A stretch of 64,000 nt of DNA from Pristiophorus japonicus. Taxonomy: Eukaryota. The notes beneath the pieces are model-generated. The model saw nothing but the letters and a program-made list of their open reading frames with translations. It searched no databases and had not been told where the DNA came from. Of this stretch, positions 37,996 to 51,054 are shown piece after piece. The position numbers were made by a program, and so were the translations under genes. The stretch is taken from contig NC_091986.1 of assembly GCF_044704955.1 (NCBI RefSeq), positions 191,580,001 to 191,644,000 of the forward strand, in the 5' to 3' direction. Within the stretch, counting starts at the first letter, position 1; each line of letters opens with the position of its first letter.

Positions 37996-38637
37996 GAGAA
38001 GAAAGTGGTCGTGGAATGCAAACCTTTTAATTTTTCTTCAGTTACCAATTCTAACTGATCGAGCTTTTAGGATAGTTGGAGGATCTGACATTCAGCCACC
38101 ATGAAACTTATCAATAGATTATACTAATTTGACCTTCATTCAGTACAAAATTAGGCTAATTAGAAAATAGAATTCTTTCAGCTCGAATCAAAATACCTCA
38201 TCATTATGGTTTGGAGATAATCTATTAATGGATTATGCTATTTTACAAGTGCAAACTAGGCTAATCAGAAAATGAACTTTCCCCATTTTGCACCATTTCC
38301 TCTAGCAGGTACCCACTGGTTCATTACTGGTATTACTCATGTACCAATCATTGCACAATTTTGATATTTTATCCAGTACCAGTGAAACACAGTTCAGTTG
38401 CAGTTCACTACGTATTTTACTCCAATACCAATTTTTGGAAAGTTTGTTCGGAAATGTAAACTTGGAAATTACTGTGATGATTAGCTCATTTCTATCAAAT
38501 TCCTTTCTCTGCTCCTTTAACAATAGACATGAATCCATTTAAAACGGGTTCATACCTCTGTTCAAAATAGAGAGCAGAATTTAATGAAGTACGTTGAGCT
38601 TTCATATAACCTTTCCTATAACACTGTAATTTCCTGG

Positions 38638-39395
38638 TGTAAGCTGTGGCTCAGTGGGTAGCATTCTTTCCTCTCAGTCAGAAGGTTGTGACTCAAGTCC
38701 CATTCCAGAGACTTGAGCACAAAAATCTAGGTTGACACTGCAGTGCTGAGGAGTGCTGCACTGTCGGAAGTGCTGTTATGAAATGTTACACTGAGGACCC
38801 CGTCTCCCCTTTGGGTGAATCGAGAAGATCCTGTGGCACTATATTTAAAGAAGAACGTAGGGGGTTCTCCCCTGTGTCCTACTTTCGAATGTGGGGCAAA
38901 GCTTATAATGTGATGTCTAGTTTGGCTAGCCATTTGATAGCCTCCTGATATGCCGAGTGGAGAAGAGAGAAATGCAACAGATCTTAGTGGGCAGGTTGAT
39001 GTGATGTGTTCCATAGTCTGGGACTCGTGGCCACAGTCTCACTTTGAGTCGTCCCTCATCTTCCACTTGTGGAGCAGGTGGCTGCATCGTCCATGTCATG
39101 TGCGGATTGGTTTGAGCGCCGTCTACAGTCTTCGAGGGAGGTCAAAGCCAGGGGCCTCTGCTGTTGGGTCAGTGATGAGGTATTGGTTCTTTGTGCCCGA
39201 GCCAATATTTATCCCTCAACCAACATCACTAAAACCGGTTACCTAGACATTATCACATTGCTGTTTGTGGGAGCTTGCTGTGTGCAAATTAGTTGCTATG
39301 TTTCCCACATTACAACAGTGGTAAAGTACTTAATTGGCTGTATAGCACTTTCGGACCCCTTGATGTTGTGAAAGGTACTATATAAAAGTGTTTTT
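38638..39395 (+). mobile_element. SacSINE1/DeuSINE-like SINE, full length, interrupted at 38881-39198
   Basis: Head GCTGTGGCTCAGTGGGTAGCA..CAAGTCCC; resumes GCCAATATTTATCCCTCAACC at 39201; tail CTATATAAAAG. Confidence 0.85.
38881..39198 (-). mobile_element. Ingi/Vingi-like (I group) LINE 3' fragment
   Basis: Minus strand translates LITDPTAEAPGFDLPRRL*TALKPIRT*HGRCSHLLHKWKMRDDSK*DCGHESQTMEHITSTCPLR, a C-terminal CCHC-type motif. Confidence 0.7.
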
Positions 39396-39725
39396 TTTTC
39401 TTTCTCTCATTTTCAGCCTCAAAACATAATGTTGCAGATCGCACAAAAAGAGTAAATATTGAACATCTAACAAAGATAAAGAATATCATTACGTTAGTCA
39501 CAGGTATAATGGATGAATTCCTGTCTCAGCCGGTTCATAAAATTTGAACTCTATTGATATATCTACACTGCAGTAATACAGTGCAGAAAACAACTATTGA
39601 AATTGTTTTCACATTAGGGCTTGGCAAGTGTCATTAGGGAGCCGGCACTAACGTAGTTGTATGTTTGAATATATTCTTCTATGAAGGTTGTGGGTTGAAG
39701 CTCCCTTGCGGAATTAAACTTGCAA

Positions 39726-40120
39726 TAAGAACATAAGAAATAGGAGTAGGCTATTTGGTCCCTCGAACCTGCGCCGCCATTCATTAAGATCATGGTTGAT
39801 CTGATCTTGGCCTCGACTCCACTTTCCTGCCTGCTCCCCATAACACTTGACTCCCCTATAGTTCAAACATGTGTCTTTCTCTACCTTAAAAATATTCAAT
39901 GACCCAGCCTCAATAGCTCTCTGGGGCAGAGAATTCCAAAGATTCACAACCTTATGATGCCCTCTATTTCTAGATTCCCCCACGAGGGGAAACATCCTCT
40001 CTGCATCTACCCTGTCAAGCCCCCTCAGAATCTTGTATGTTTCAATAAGATCACCTCTCATTCTTCTAAACTCCAATGAGTGTAGGCCCAACCTGCTCAA
40101 CCTTTCTTAAGACAACCCTT
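39726..40120 (-). mobile_element. CR1 3' end with small internal deletion
   Basis: ORF 39714-40100 SRLGLHSLEFRRMRGDLIETYKILRG..VVNLWNSLPQ; TTCTTATG tail. Confidence 0.92.
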
Positions 40121-40716
40121 TATGGTAGGCAGCCACTTCGCTGCAGTACGAAAGAAGTGCTGCACTCGGGTGCTGTCTTTCGGATCAGATGTTGAACCAG
40201 ATCTTTTGTCTGCCTGCTTGGGTAGATACAAAATATATTTTGTGTATCCAGTTCTAGTCACACAGATGCAAGGAAGAAATTCAAGTGCTGGAGACTGCAA
40301 AGAAGAGACCAATACTGAGTGGGTGGGGAGGGGGTGGTCCTAGTTATGAGGAAAACCTGGAGAAAGTTGGACTCTTCATCTTTGAAAGGAGATTTACAAT
40401 AGGTGCTCTCGTAAAAGGCAAGCAATACTGTAAATGGTATGGAAAAGGTATATCTTTAAAATTACTTTAAATTGTGAAAGTAGGAAAAGCTGTTGCATTA
40501 AGTAACAAATTTCAGAGCAGTAGCCAGAGGTTTTCCTTCATACACACTAGTCAATACTTGGAATGGACTTCCAGGTAACAGTAGTGGAGGTGGAATCCCT
40601 GGAATCATTTAAGAAATTTAAGATGTCATTAGATGCTGCGATGGGGGGACCAAAGGGTATTCTGGATGGGCGAACTAAGATGGGCCAAATTTAGAATTTA
40701 AAAAGTCCTAGTAATT

Positions 40717-40929
40717 TGTTATGTATGTGAACCTCACCTGTGTGTAAGACTTGCTACCAGAGGCCACACCTGTGGGAGACCTATGGGTTACCTGTGTGTA
40801 CCCTGGTGCACGCAGGTATAAAAGGCAGGCCACCACGTTGCTGCCTCACTTTTGCAGTTAGATTAAACAGACCAAGGTCACACTGGTTTTAGCTTAACAC
40901 AGCCTCATGGAGTTATTCTAAAAGTAACA
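40717..40929 (+). mobile_element. Solo LTR (Gypsy/BEL-like), 213 bp
   Basis: TAATT | TGTTA...TAACA | TAATT: 5-bp TSD and TG..CA inverted ends; TATAAAAG near 40818 and ATTAAA at 40862. Confidence 0.85.
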
Positions 40930-42345
40930 TAATTGATGCTTGTCGCTGTGATCAGAGCTGTGAAGATGGATCTTTTATAAACACTGGCTGTGAGCCACCC
41001 TTAGTCGTAGGCCATACACACTCTTCTGATACGAATTTCTGACAATGAATTATATAATTGGACCAGCATAACTCAGTGTTGAGATTTTAAACTCTTTCAA
41101 TTCCCCAAATTCCCCAAAAATACTTGCACGTTTTGCCTCCGTGCTGCCTTCAAAGTGACTGCTCACAGTGTAGAGAGAACCATGGCTTCAGTAACAAACT
41201 CCCTTGCATTCCTACAAATGAATTTACATTTTGTGGTTTACGCAGACTGCAGTACTATTGAAATTGTTTCGAAGATGTTAATCTTCTGTATCGTACAGTC
41301 CATGTCATCACTAACATTTTGGTGAAGTTTAATGGTGTCAGTGTAAAATGTCCATGCTGCATCCAGCCAAGCTGTGAAATACGTCCAATGGTACAATTAT
41401 AGCGTTGCCCCCAAATTTTTGTCTGCAGGATATCATTTTGAAGTACATAACACTGGGTGGAGTACCAGTAGTTACAGGTCTGTTACTGTCGGAGGTTTAG
41501 TGGAAGTGCTGAATTATCAGAATTACATAAGAATATTGAAACATAGTCACTGAAGTGTGATTTTTGCTGTAGTGTTTTAATACCAAATAAGCCCTGAGCC
41601 AACACTTAGAGGAGATATGCTGGCCAGCAGTGAGAAATGCTAAATACCTCAAGAAGTGAAACTAACCAGATAACTCCGAACAGTGTGAATCATCCCCCAT
41701 CTTAGTAGTGGAGCAAAGACGTTCCAACAGGTAGGAAATTGATTACAAATTTTTAAGTTTTCATTTTCTTTCCTCTTCTAAGGTGGAACATTATTTTAAG
41801 ATGAAGAAATGCAGAGTCGATCTTTAACAACACAAGCAAACCAATCTTGCTATATGTAAGTAACGGATATGTATTCTAAGGATTTGTTAAACTGCTGCCG
41901 TTTTCAAATCTGATTACAGTGTGTAGTTTTCTGTATTTTTCCATTTCAGAAGATTTTTAGTTAAAATATATTATATACTGGTGATATGTGTTAGCCTGTG
42001 TTTTGGAAGAAATCGAGCCCTCTGGATGTTCCAGCTTAGTTCCTCTATCAACATAGCTACTTGTAGATTCTCCCTCCTTCTTGTTCTGCTACAGTATTTG
42101 CCTTGACCCAACATTGCTCACCTTGGAGTGTCTGGACTAACTTCGCAATTGTTAATGAATTGTTGCAAGATTAGATGAGTGAAATTGACACTTACATTTC
42201 ACTAAAAAGGATGTTCTTTCAGTTTGTGACAATCCCGTGTAGGTGATCTATGTCTTCTCCTCCCCCAATTGGTGCATACTCCAATGTCACCAGAATAAGA
42301 GATGGCAGATATATTTCAAAATAAATAAGAATTGTTAGAATCAAA

Positions 42346-43425
42346 GGGCTCAAAATTGGCCAGGAGTTGCTCCATTTTTTTGGAGCAATTTGATTTTTTT
42401 CTAGAATATCTTAAAAATCGCCATTTTGCACATTCAATTTGCACCAGTGTAAGTGAATTAGTTACGATTTTTTTAGTTTCGTTTAGTTTTTCTCGAAAGG
42501 GCGCATTACCAGCCAGTTCTGGCCATTTAGGCTACTTTGGCCAGCTAATAATTACTCCAAATCTACTAAGGCCAACGTATGTGGCCACTTGTGAAAACAC
42601 TTGCGGAGAGTTAAGAAATCGGCGCAGGTAGGTACATCGGAGGCCAGCGGAACTTAATGACTTGACGAAAGAATGTGAATAGGATCAAACAGCTATACAG
42701 GACATCATATGACAAACTTCGCAAAGTTAATTTACTATACAGCAGAAGCATTCATGGAAGCTTAAACTACAAAAATAAAAGAAGTAAAAGATAGTTGAAT
42801 TAAATTGCCCTAATTTCACAACTAATTTAAACAACTATTTGTTTGCAATGATTATACTGGGCCAGAATTAAGCCCATATTATCTAAATAAAGTCTACATC
42901 AATAAATAAGATATTCTGTGTTCCTCCGTCACTTATGTTTTTCTGTCACAATAGCACCAGGTAAATAGGCTTGACAAATGGTCACCGCTATTCACAAGAG
43001 ACAAAACATAGTTACATCATTTTTTCAAAATATCCAAATAAAAAATAGAAGTAAGCACGTCCTACCCTACTTTCACCTTCAGCCCGGGAAAGCAGCGGGC
43101 CGGTCTGTGCGGTAGGCCACTCGGCCTGGGATAGGGGCGGGACGCACCAGCAACCGGTGTATGATGATGATGATGATGATCGGGTCCCACGCTGCAGCAC
43201 GCACACTGAGAGGCTGGGGGTGAGGAACTACACTCCAACGCGCATGTACAGACGTCCCGGCACTGTTTTCAGCGCGGGACGCTGGCTCCGCTCCCGACCC
43301 GACTGGCCACGCTGCGCGAAGACCCGGGAGAGGCTGGACAGCGACAAAAGTGGGGAACAATTTTTTCGGAGCACTTTACAACACAAAAGCGGCGCATCTC
43401 TGGTGGGTGGGCCAATTTTGAGCCC
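42346..43425 (+). mobile_element. Non-autonomous Harbinger, subfamily C
   Basis: Perfect 16-bp TIRs GGGCTCAAAATTGGCC / GGCCAATTTTGAGCCC; flanks AAA / ATA inside a CR1 (CATAGAAT)n tail; arms homologous to subfamilies A and B. Confidence 0.88.
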
Positions 43426-44377
43426 ATAGAATGGAAGTCATTTAGCCCATCGTGCCTGTGCCATCTCGTTGAAAGAGCTATCCAATTAGTCCCACTCCCT
43501 TGCTCTTTCCCCATAGCTCTGAAAAATATTTCCCTTAAAGTATTTATCCAATTCCCTTTTGAAAGTTATTATTGAATCTGCTTCCACTGCCCTTCCAGCC
43601 AGTCCATTCCTGAATCTAACAACTCGCTGCATAAATGCTTTCCCCCTCATGTCGCCTCTGGTTCTTTTGCCAATTATTTTAAACCTGTCGCCACTGGAAA
43701 GTTTTTCCTTATTTACTATTATCAAAACCCTGAATGATTTTTAACAGCTCTATCAATTCTCCCCTTAACCTTCTCTGCTCTAAGGAGAACAACCCCAGTT
43801 TCTCTCGTCTCCATGTAACTGAAGTCCTTCATCCCTGGTGCCATTCTAGTAAATCTCCTATGCACCCTATCGAAGGCCTTAACATCCTTCCTAAAGTGTG
43901 GTGTTCAGAATTGGCCAGAATGCTCTAACTGGGACCTAACCAGTGTTTTATAACGTTTTAGCATAACTTCCTTGCATTTGTATATCCATCCATTTATAAA
44001 GCCAAGGCTTCCGTGTTTCTTATAAGCCTTCTCAATTTGTCCTGCCACTGTTTATTACATTTGAATTTCCTGTATGTCCAAGTTCAGGTCATGTATATCA
44101 AAAAAAGCATTGGTCCCAACGCTGACACCGGGGGTACGTCACTGGACACTTCCACTGCTTTCTGTTCCTTAGCCAAATTTTTTACCCGCACAGCTGCTGT
44201 CCCTTTAATCCATAAGCTTAAATTTTGCAAACCAGTCTATTATGTGGTATTTTATCAGACACCTTTTTGAAAGTCCATATACATAACGTCAACCATACTA
44301 CCTTCATCAACCCCCTCTCCATTAGTTCATCAAAGAACACAATCAAGTTAATCAAACACAATTTGCCATTTAAGAAA

Positions 44378-44653
44378 GGCATCTTTTGTTTCTTTACTTG
44401 TCCCATTACCATCTCATTTTGCTTTGTACTATCATCCCTTTTGTCTCTAATCTCTCCTGCCTTCCACCCTATCACAGACCTTCCCTTTTTTTCTTTCCTC
44501 CCCTTTCCCTGCTTCTGCACCTGCTTAAAATCTGTTCCATCTTTAACCTTTTCCAGTTCTGATGAAAGGTCACCGACCTGAAACGTTAACTCTGTTTCTC
44601 TCTCCACAGATGCTGCCTGACCTGCTGAGTATTTCGAGCATTTTCTGTTTCTT
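44378..44653 (+). mobile_element. Penelope-type terminal repeat / retrozyme-like unit
   Basis: 276-bp insert in a CR1, flanked by degenerate direct repeats TTTGCCATTTAAGAAA / TTTGCCTTTAGGAAA; contains a hammerhead core; multicopy in the window. Confidence 0.75.
44555..44591 (+). ncRNA. Minimal type I hammerhead ribozyme motif
   Basis: AGTT-CTGATGA-A-AGGTC-acc-GACCT-GAAA-CGTT-AACT: stem I AGUU/AACU, intact CUGAUGA and GAAA boxes, 5-bp stem II, palindromic AACGUU stem III, predicted GUU cleavage site. Confidence 0.8.
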
Positions 44654-46619
44654 TTTGCCTTTAGGAAATTCTTGCTGGCATTAATTTATTAACCCAGATT
44701 TTTCCAAGTGCCAATTAATTTTGTTCAGGATTACTGTGTCTAACAGTTTCCCTACCACCGGTGTTGGGCTGACTGGCCTCCAGGCCTCTGGCACCACCTC
44801 CATATCTAAGGAGGATTGGAAGATTGTGACCAGAGCCTCTGCTATTTGCATTCTTGCTTCCCTCAGAAACTCTGGATGTATCCCATCCGGACTAGGTGAC
44901 TTCTACTTTGAGCACTGCCAACCTTTTAAGTATCTCCCCTTTATCTATTATCTATTTTTATCCTATCCAATTTCTCTACCACGACATTGGCAGCCTTCTC
45001 TTCAGTGAAAACTGATGCAAAGTACTCATTTAGTACCTCAGTTATGCCCTCTGCCCCACCCTTTCTCTGAATGCCGTTTTACTACTTACAGCAGTGATTA
45101 CACTCTTAGTATTTCATTGGCTGTAAAGCGCTTTGAGACATCCAGTGATCGCGAAAGGTGCTATATAAATGCAAGTCATTTACTATTTTTATATTTATAA
45201 AAGATGCTGTGTTCCTTTTTATGTTATCTGCTAATCTATTCTCATGCACTCTTTGCTCCTCTTATTTCCTTTTTCAGTTCTCCTTTGTACTTTCTGTATT
45301 TAGCTTGGTTCTCAAATTATGAACCTGACATTTATTATCGGCCTCCTTTTTCGGTTTCATTTTAATCTCTCAATTTTTAATAATCCAGGGAGCTCTACCT
45401 TTAGAATATCCTTCCTTTTGCCCTCGTGGGAATGTGTCTAATCTGTATCCGAGCTGTCTCCTCTTTGAAGGCCGCTTGTATCACAAGAAAACTGCTGTGA
45501 CATTGGAACAGTTACCATGGCATCTTGTGTTACTTTGAAACAATTGTCAGTTTTGTACAACACTATACCAACAAGAGTTTTCTGATAACTCTACTCGATA
45601 TAATTTGATGATTATGTTATTATTTATAGTATAAAGTGTTTCTCCATTTCAGAAATGAAAACCAATACGACTGAATTATTGAGTGCAGCAGTCACATGAA
45701 GAGTTGATAACTCTTGGTAACAGGGAATTTGATCCCCTGAATGCTGGGTTGGAAAGCAAACACCTTAAACTCCCTGGTGCAGTGAAATCATCCTGGTGTA
45801 ATTCTGGTTTACAGCCTGTGTTGGTCAAAGATACTCTTCTAGGATACTTGAGATAATGGCCCTTGGCTAGACTTTTGTGGTTAAAACATAATCATACTAA
45901 ATCAGGCTCCAGTTTATCTGTATACTTTAGAATTTTGAAAACTTCAGTAAGGTCTCCTGAGTCATTTTTTTTCCCTCCCAAGTTAAGAATTCTAAATTGC
46001 CTTAGACTTTCCTAATAGCTCAGGTACATAATCTCTGGCATCAATTTATGATCCTCTGTACCCACACAAAAAAACAGTATTTCCACAAAAATTGTGCACT
46101 GTCTTCGAGGTAGTGCCAAGCTAGCAGTCTTTAGGAGTTCATATTGTCTTCCAGGACTTCAGTTCTAATCTCTTTGGCGACACAGCACAGGATCTTCTTT
46201 GCTTATTGTTGCATATTACACTGATTTTGTTTCAATGAGCTATTCACCACGACCCCAGGTCCTTGCCCTATATTATGTCCTGTATTCTATTACCATATAC
46301 CTTATATTCTTGCTGCTGCTTTTTTCCAAATCTGTGATTTCAGTGCAACCACCAAAATCTATTCAGATCTCTCAGCAAAATAGGTTATAGGTCTTGGAAA
46401 GTGGACTAGATTGACTTTGTGAACTTCACAATTATTGCTAAGTTTTGTATTATTAAGATGCCAGCTGATAAATCATTTCAACAATAAAGTTTATTTTTAG
46501 TCCCATCATTGAGAAAGATCGTAAGAATTTAATGAATTGTACATGTGCACACTATGGGAATAATATGCTCATGGGCTAAAAGTTTGAAATGATAAAGGCA
46601 TAGATATCTGACAGGAATA

Positions 46620-46990
46620 ATTGTTTTCTTGGGACAAGTGTATATTTCAAGGTGACCTAATTAAGGTTTTCGAGATTAAGAAGGGAATTATCGAAGTTGA
46701 TCCAGGCAATTTGTTCACATTGATGGAGTTCAAATACCAAGGGACACAAGTTTAAAAATGATGAAATTAAGAGCAAGAAGGAAACGGTGGTAAGTTTTCA
46801 ATCAAAGGATAAATGGACATGTGGAATAAGTTACCACTGAAGCCGACAGTGTAAAAAGGTGTGTTTCTGGAGCAGATTTGATGATGAGGTGGATGCTGGG
46901 TTGACCTAGGTGGTGCGTTGACCTGTCACAAATAGAGAAAGGTTTGTTGGCCATAAAGGCCTATTCTTTTCACAAATTGCGTTCTTAATT
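46620..46990 (+). mobile_element. Old CR1 3' remnant
   Basis: GGTGACCTAATTAAGGTTTTC (GDLIKVF), ACCAAGGGACAC (T.GH) and TGGAATAAGTTACC (WNKLP) remnants. Confidence 0.55.
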
Positions 46991-47547
46991 TTTTACTGTA
47001 ATATATGGCCACTCATATGATCAGGAAACACCAGTGGCTTCAATTTAAAGTTGTCCTATACTTACCAGAGAGAAATAAAAGGAAATTCTGGAAATCTGAA
47101 ATAAAACTCGAAAAGGCTAGAAATTCACAGCAGCTCCATTCTGGCAGTGTCTGCACCAGAAACATTAACTATCTTTTTTCTGATGCTGAGGGGCCTGCTG
47201 TGCATGTCCGGCTTTTTCTATTTTTCTTGTGTATCTACACGTATTCTATTAATCTGGAATCTGATGTATATACAGTAATAGTGCTGAGGACACGGAAGCC
47301 TAAATGAATTATTTACAGCTTGTGCAAAAAAAAAGTCATGGCTGCATTTAATTTATCTTGCGATTTGCTCTCGTTATAAGACCAGCTGGTAAATTTTGGC
47401 TCGCCTTATACCTGTTACAGAATAGCTAGAATTTGTAACTTTGTGGTATCTACACATGAACAATTACTGAAAAAATGTGGCTTTGCATAAATTCTACAGG
47501 TGAATTCAGAGACTTGGGGTAAATTCAAAACACAAAGAACCTGATCA

Positions 47548-49797
47548 TCATAAGAAAAAGGAGCAGGAGTAGGCCATTCGGCCCCTCATGGCTGATCGTA
47601 TACCTCAACTCCACTCTCCTGCACTATCCCCATATCCCTTGATTCCCTTACTATCCAAAAATCTATCCATCTCGGTCTTGATGATAGTCAACCACTGAGC
47701 CTGCACAGCCCTCTGGGGTAGAGAATTTCAAAGATTCACCTCCCTCTGAGTGAAGACATTTCTACTCATCTCAATCCTAAATGGCCGACCCCTTATTCTG
47801 ATACTGTGACCCCAGATCTGGACTCTCCAGCAGGGGAAAAAACATCCTCCCTATATCTACCCTATCGAGCCATGTAAGAATTTTGTATGTTTCAATGAAA
47901 TCACACTTCATTTTTCTAAGCACTAGAGAATTTAGGCCTAGACTATTCAATCTCTCCTCAGGACAATTCCCCCATCCCAGGAATCAGTCTGGTAAACCTT
48001 CGTTGCACTCTGTCTACGGCAAGTATATCCTTCGTTAGGTAAGGAGACCAAAACTGTACACAATACTCCAGGTGCGGTCTCACCAGGGCCCTATATAATT
48101 GCAGAAGGACATCTTTACTCTTATACTCAACATACCATTTACTTTCTTAATTGCTTGCTGTACCTGCATGTTAACTTTCAGTGATTTGTGTACAAGGACA
48201 CCCAGGTCCCTCTGAAAACCAACATTTCCCAATTTTTCACCATTTAGAAAAATACTTCGTTTTTCTATTTTTCATACCAAAGTGGATAACTTCACATTTC
48301 TTCACATTATATTCAATTTGCCATGTTCTTACCCACCACTCACTTAGCCTGTCTATATCCCCTTAAAACCTCTTTGCTGCATCCTCACAAAGCTAGGTGG
48401 GAATGTAAATTATATAATCAGCAAAGTTGGATATATTACATTTGGTTCCCTCATCCAAATCATTAATATAGATTGTGAATAGCTGAGGCCCAACACTGAT
48501 CCCACTCGTTACACCCTGCCAACCTGAAAATGACCCGTTTATTCCTACTCTCTGTTTTCTGTCCGTTAACCAATCCTCAATCCATGCTAGTATATTACCC
48601 CCAATCCCGTGAGCCCTAATTTTGTTCAATAACCTCTTGTATGGCACCTTATTGTATGCCTTCTGAAAATCCAAATACACCACATCCACTAGTTTCCCCC
48701 CCCCCCCCCCCCCCCCCCATCTATTCAGCTAGTCACAACCTCAAAAAAAACTCTTAACAGATTTGTCAAACATGGGGGTAGAAATTCCGATGTCTCCAGG
48801 CCCGTACGAAGTTTCTATGGACCCGGGAAGGCATCGGAAAAGTCTGTTTTCAGCGCGCAATGCGCATGCGCTGAAAACCAACTTTTCTGATCAAGCTTGA
48901 CAGATCGTAGCCAGATTGCAGATTGGGAGCGAGGACATCTGTATGGGCAAGTTTGCGATATTTACGCATATCTTGCCCAGCAAATGTCCTCAAAAATCTT
49001 GCTCCTGAAAAAGCAGGCGCATAGCCTATTTTTACAGGCGCAAGTGTTTTAAAACACACACATAATAGAAATAAAGTTATGAAAACATAATTTGTTGTTA
49101 AAAACCCTCCCCAAATGGTAAGTTTATTTTACGGCATAATTAAAAAAACTTAAAATATATATTTTCCCAATTTTTTTAAGACATTAATAACTTTAATTTA
49201 AATGAATCTTGAATATGTAGTGTATATTTTCTATTTTTATTAGTGTTTTGGGTGTTTGGGGGGGTGGGGTTTCTCATTCAAAGTAATAGGAATTTCGGAC
49301 TTACGGAACTCCTATAACTATCAATGAGAATATACTATACCTGATCAGCTGCCCAGAGCCATGTGACTCCAGCTCCAGGCCTGTGCACGTCCCAACGTGC
49401 ACGCGCTGCGACACACAGGGAGAGGAGGCCTGTGGATCGGAGCTTCAGGTAGGTATGCATTTTTTCTCAAATCTAGTCGAACGCCTGGGAGAAGGAGAAA
49501 GCGGAATTTCTACGCCATGATTTCCCTTTCAGAAATCTGTGTTGATTCTGCCCAATCCCTATTGTTATTTTCTAAGTGTCCTGTTACCACGTCCTTAATA
49601 ATACATTCTAGCATTTTTCCCTACTACTGATGTCAGGCTAACTGGTCTGTAGTTCCCCGTTTTCTCTCTCTCTCCTTTCTTAAATAGCGTGGTTAGATTT
49701 GCTACCTTCCAATCTGCGGAAACTGTTCTAGAATCTATGGAATTTTGAAAGATGACAAGCAGTGCATCCACTATCTCTGGCCACCTCTTTCAAAACC
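47548..49797 (-). mobile_element. CR1 (RT to 3' tail), interrupted by a MITE at 48775-49516
   Basis: VDVVYLDFQKAYNKVPYKRLL..QLFTIYINDLDEG..ISNFAD; ENYRPVSL upstream; CATAAGAA tail. Confidence 0.92.
48775..49516 (+). mobile_element. Harbinger-like MITE, subfamily F
   Basis: ATG | GGGGTAGAAATTCCG ... CGGAATTTCTACGCC | ATG; removing the insert and one TSD restores CR1 GTCAAACATGATTTCCC. Confidence 0.9.
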
Positions 49798-50814
49798 CTA
49801 GTATGTATTCAATATTCAGGAAGGATAGACAGAAAGGAAAAGGAGGTGGGGTAGCATTGCTGGTTAAAGAGGAGATTAATGCAATAGTAAGGAAGGACAT
49901 TAACTTGGATGATGTGGAATTTGTATGGGTAGAGCTGCGAAACACCAAAGGGCAGAAAACGTTAGTGGGAATTGTGTACAGACCACCAAATAGTAGTAGT
50001 GAGGTTGGGGATGGCATCAAACAGGAAATTAGGGATGTGTGCAATAAGGGTACAGCAGTTATCATGGGTGACTTTAATCTACATATAGGGCCCAAGTTTC
50101 CACATGATTTGCGCCTGATTTTTAGGAGCAACTGGTGGAGAACGGACTATCTTAGAAATCGCAATTCTCCACATTTTTTTTTCTGCAGTTCTAGTCAGGT
50201 AGAACAGTTCTACTTTGTAACAGAATTTTTTCTTCAAAAGTGGGCGTGTCCGGCCACTGATGCCTGATTTGAAAGTTTCCACAGTGAAAACGTACTCCAA
50301 ACTAAAGTAGAATGGAGCAAGTGAAGATTTTTGTAGAACTGAAAAAACCTGTTGTACACATTAAAAAATCAGGCGCAGGTTACAAATTGGGCGTCCAGAA
50401 CGAGGTGGGGGGGGGAGGGGCGGGGGAAGGGAAGTCATTAAATTCGACAATAAATCCTTATTTATACTTATACAAATATTATACAAATAAATCCAACCTG
50501 AATAAACATTTATAAGCAAAGAAAAGATTAAATAAACCATCTTCCTACCTGTGTGAAAGTGCTTCAGTCAGCTCAGCGATGTTCCCGTGAACGGGAGGCA
50601 GGGGCAGGTAGGCAGGCAGGCAGTAACGAGGCAGCAAGCAGCCTTCCACTTGAGGTGGAAGCCTTAGTCAGCTCAGCGATGTTCCCGCGAACGGGAGGGA
50701 GGGGCACGCAGGCAGCCAAAGATACAGCAGCAGGCTTCGAGCTGTAAGGGGGACTGAGGCCATTTGGACAGGGAGAGGCAGCCACATCGACAGTTTTATA
50801 TTTACATTTGCAGA

Positions 50815-51054
50815 ATGGGTGCTGCATTGTCAACACCACATATTATTATGCAATGGTTCGCCATCAATTCACTGCATAGGAGAGAATTGATTAGAGCTCA
50901 CCGCAACAGGAACGTCGTAGCCCGTAGGTTGATGGGCAGGAGACCTTACCCACGTCGACAATATCGAACCAGGCGCTCGTACCTGGACATGAGCGAGGCT
51001 GATTGTGTGAAAAGGCTGTGTTTTCGCAGAGAAGTTGTCACTGAGTTGTGTTAA
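50815..51054 (+). pseudogene. N-terminus of a HARBI1-like Harbinger transposase; DDE domain absent
   Basis: MGAALS..RRPYPRRQYRTRRSYLDMSEADCVKRLCFRREVVTELC* resembles the conserved pre-HTH segment of PIF/Harbinger transposases; runs abruptly into AT-rich DNA. Confidence 0.7.

Larger units (their letters stand above)
43426..45470 (-). mobile_element. Decayed CR1 with nested Penelope-type repeat and SINE tail
   Basis: 3' UTR at 43430-43560; GKLCLINLIVFFDE and WTFKKVSDKIPHNRLVCKI remnants; SINE tail at about 45078-45180. Confidence 0.8.

Noticed and set aside
39417-39502. Short open exon candidate
   Set aside because: The acceptor tract is the SINE tail, the donor GTATAA is weak, and the peptide is unrecognisable.
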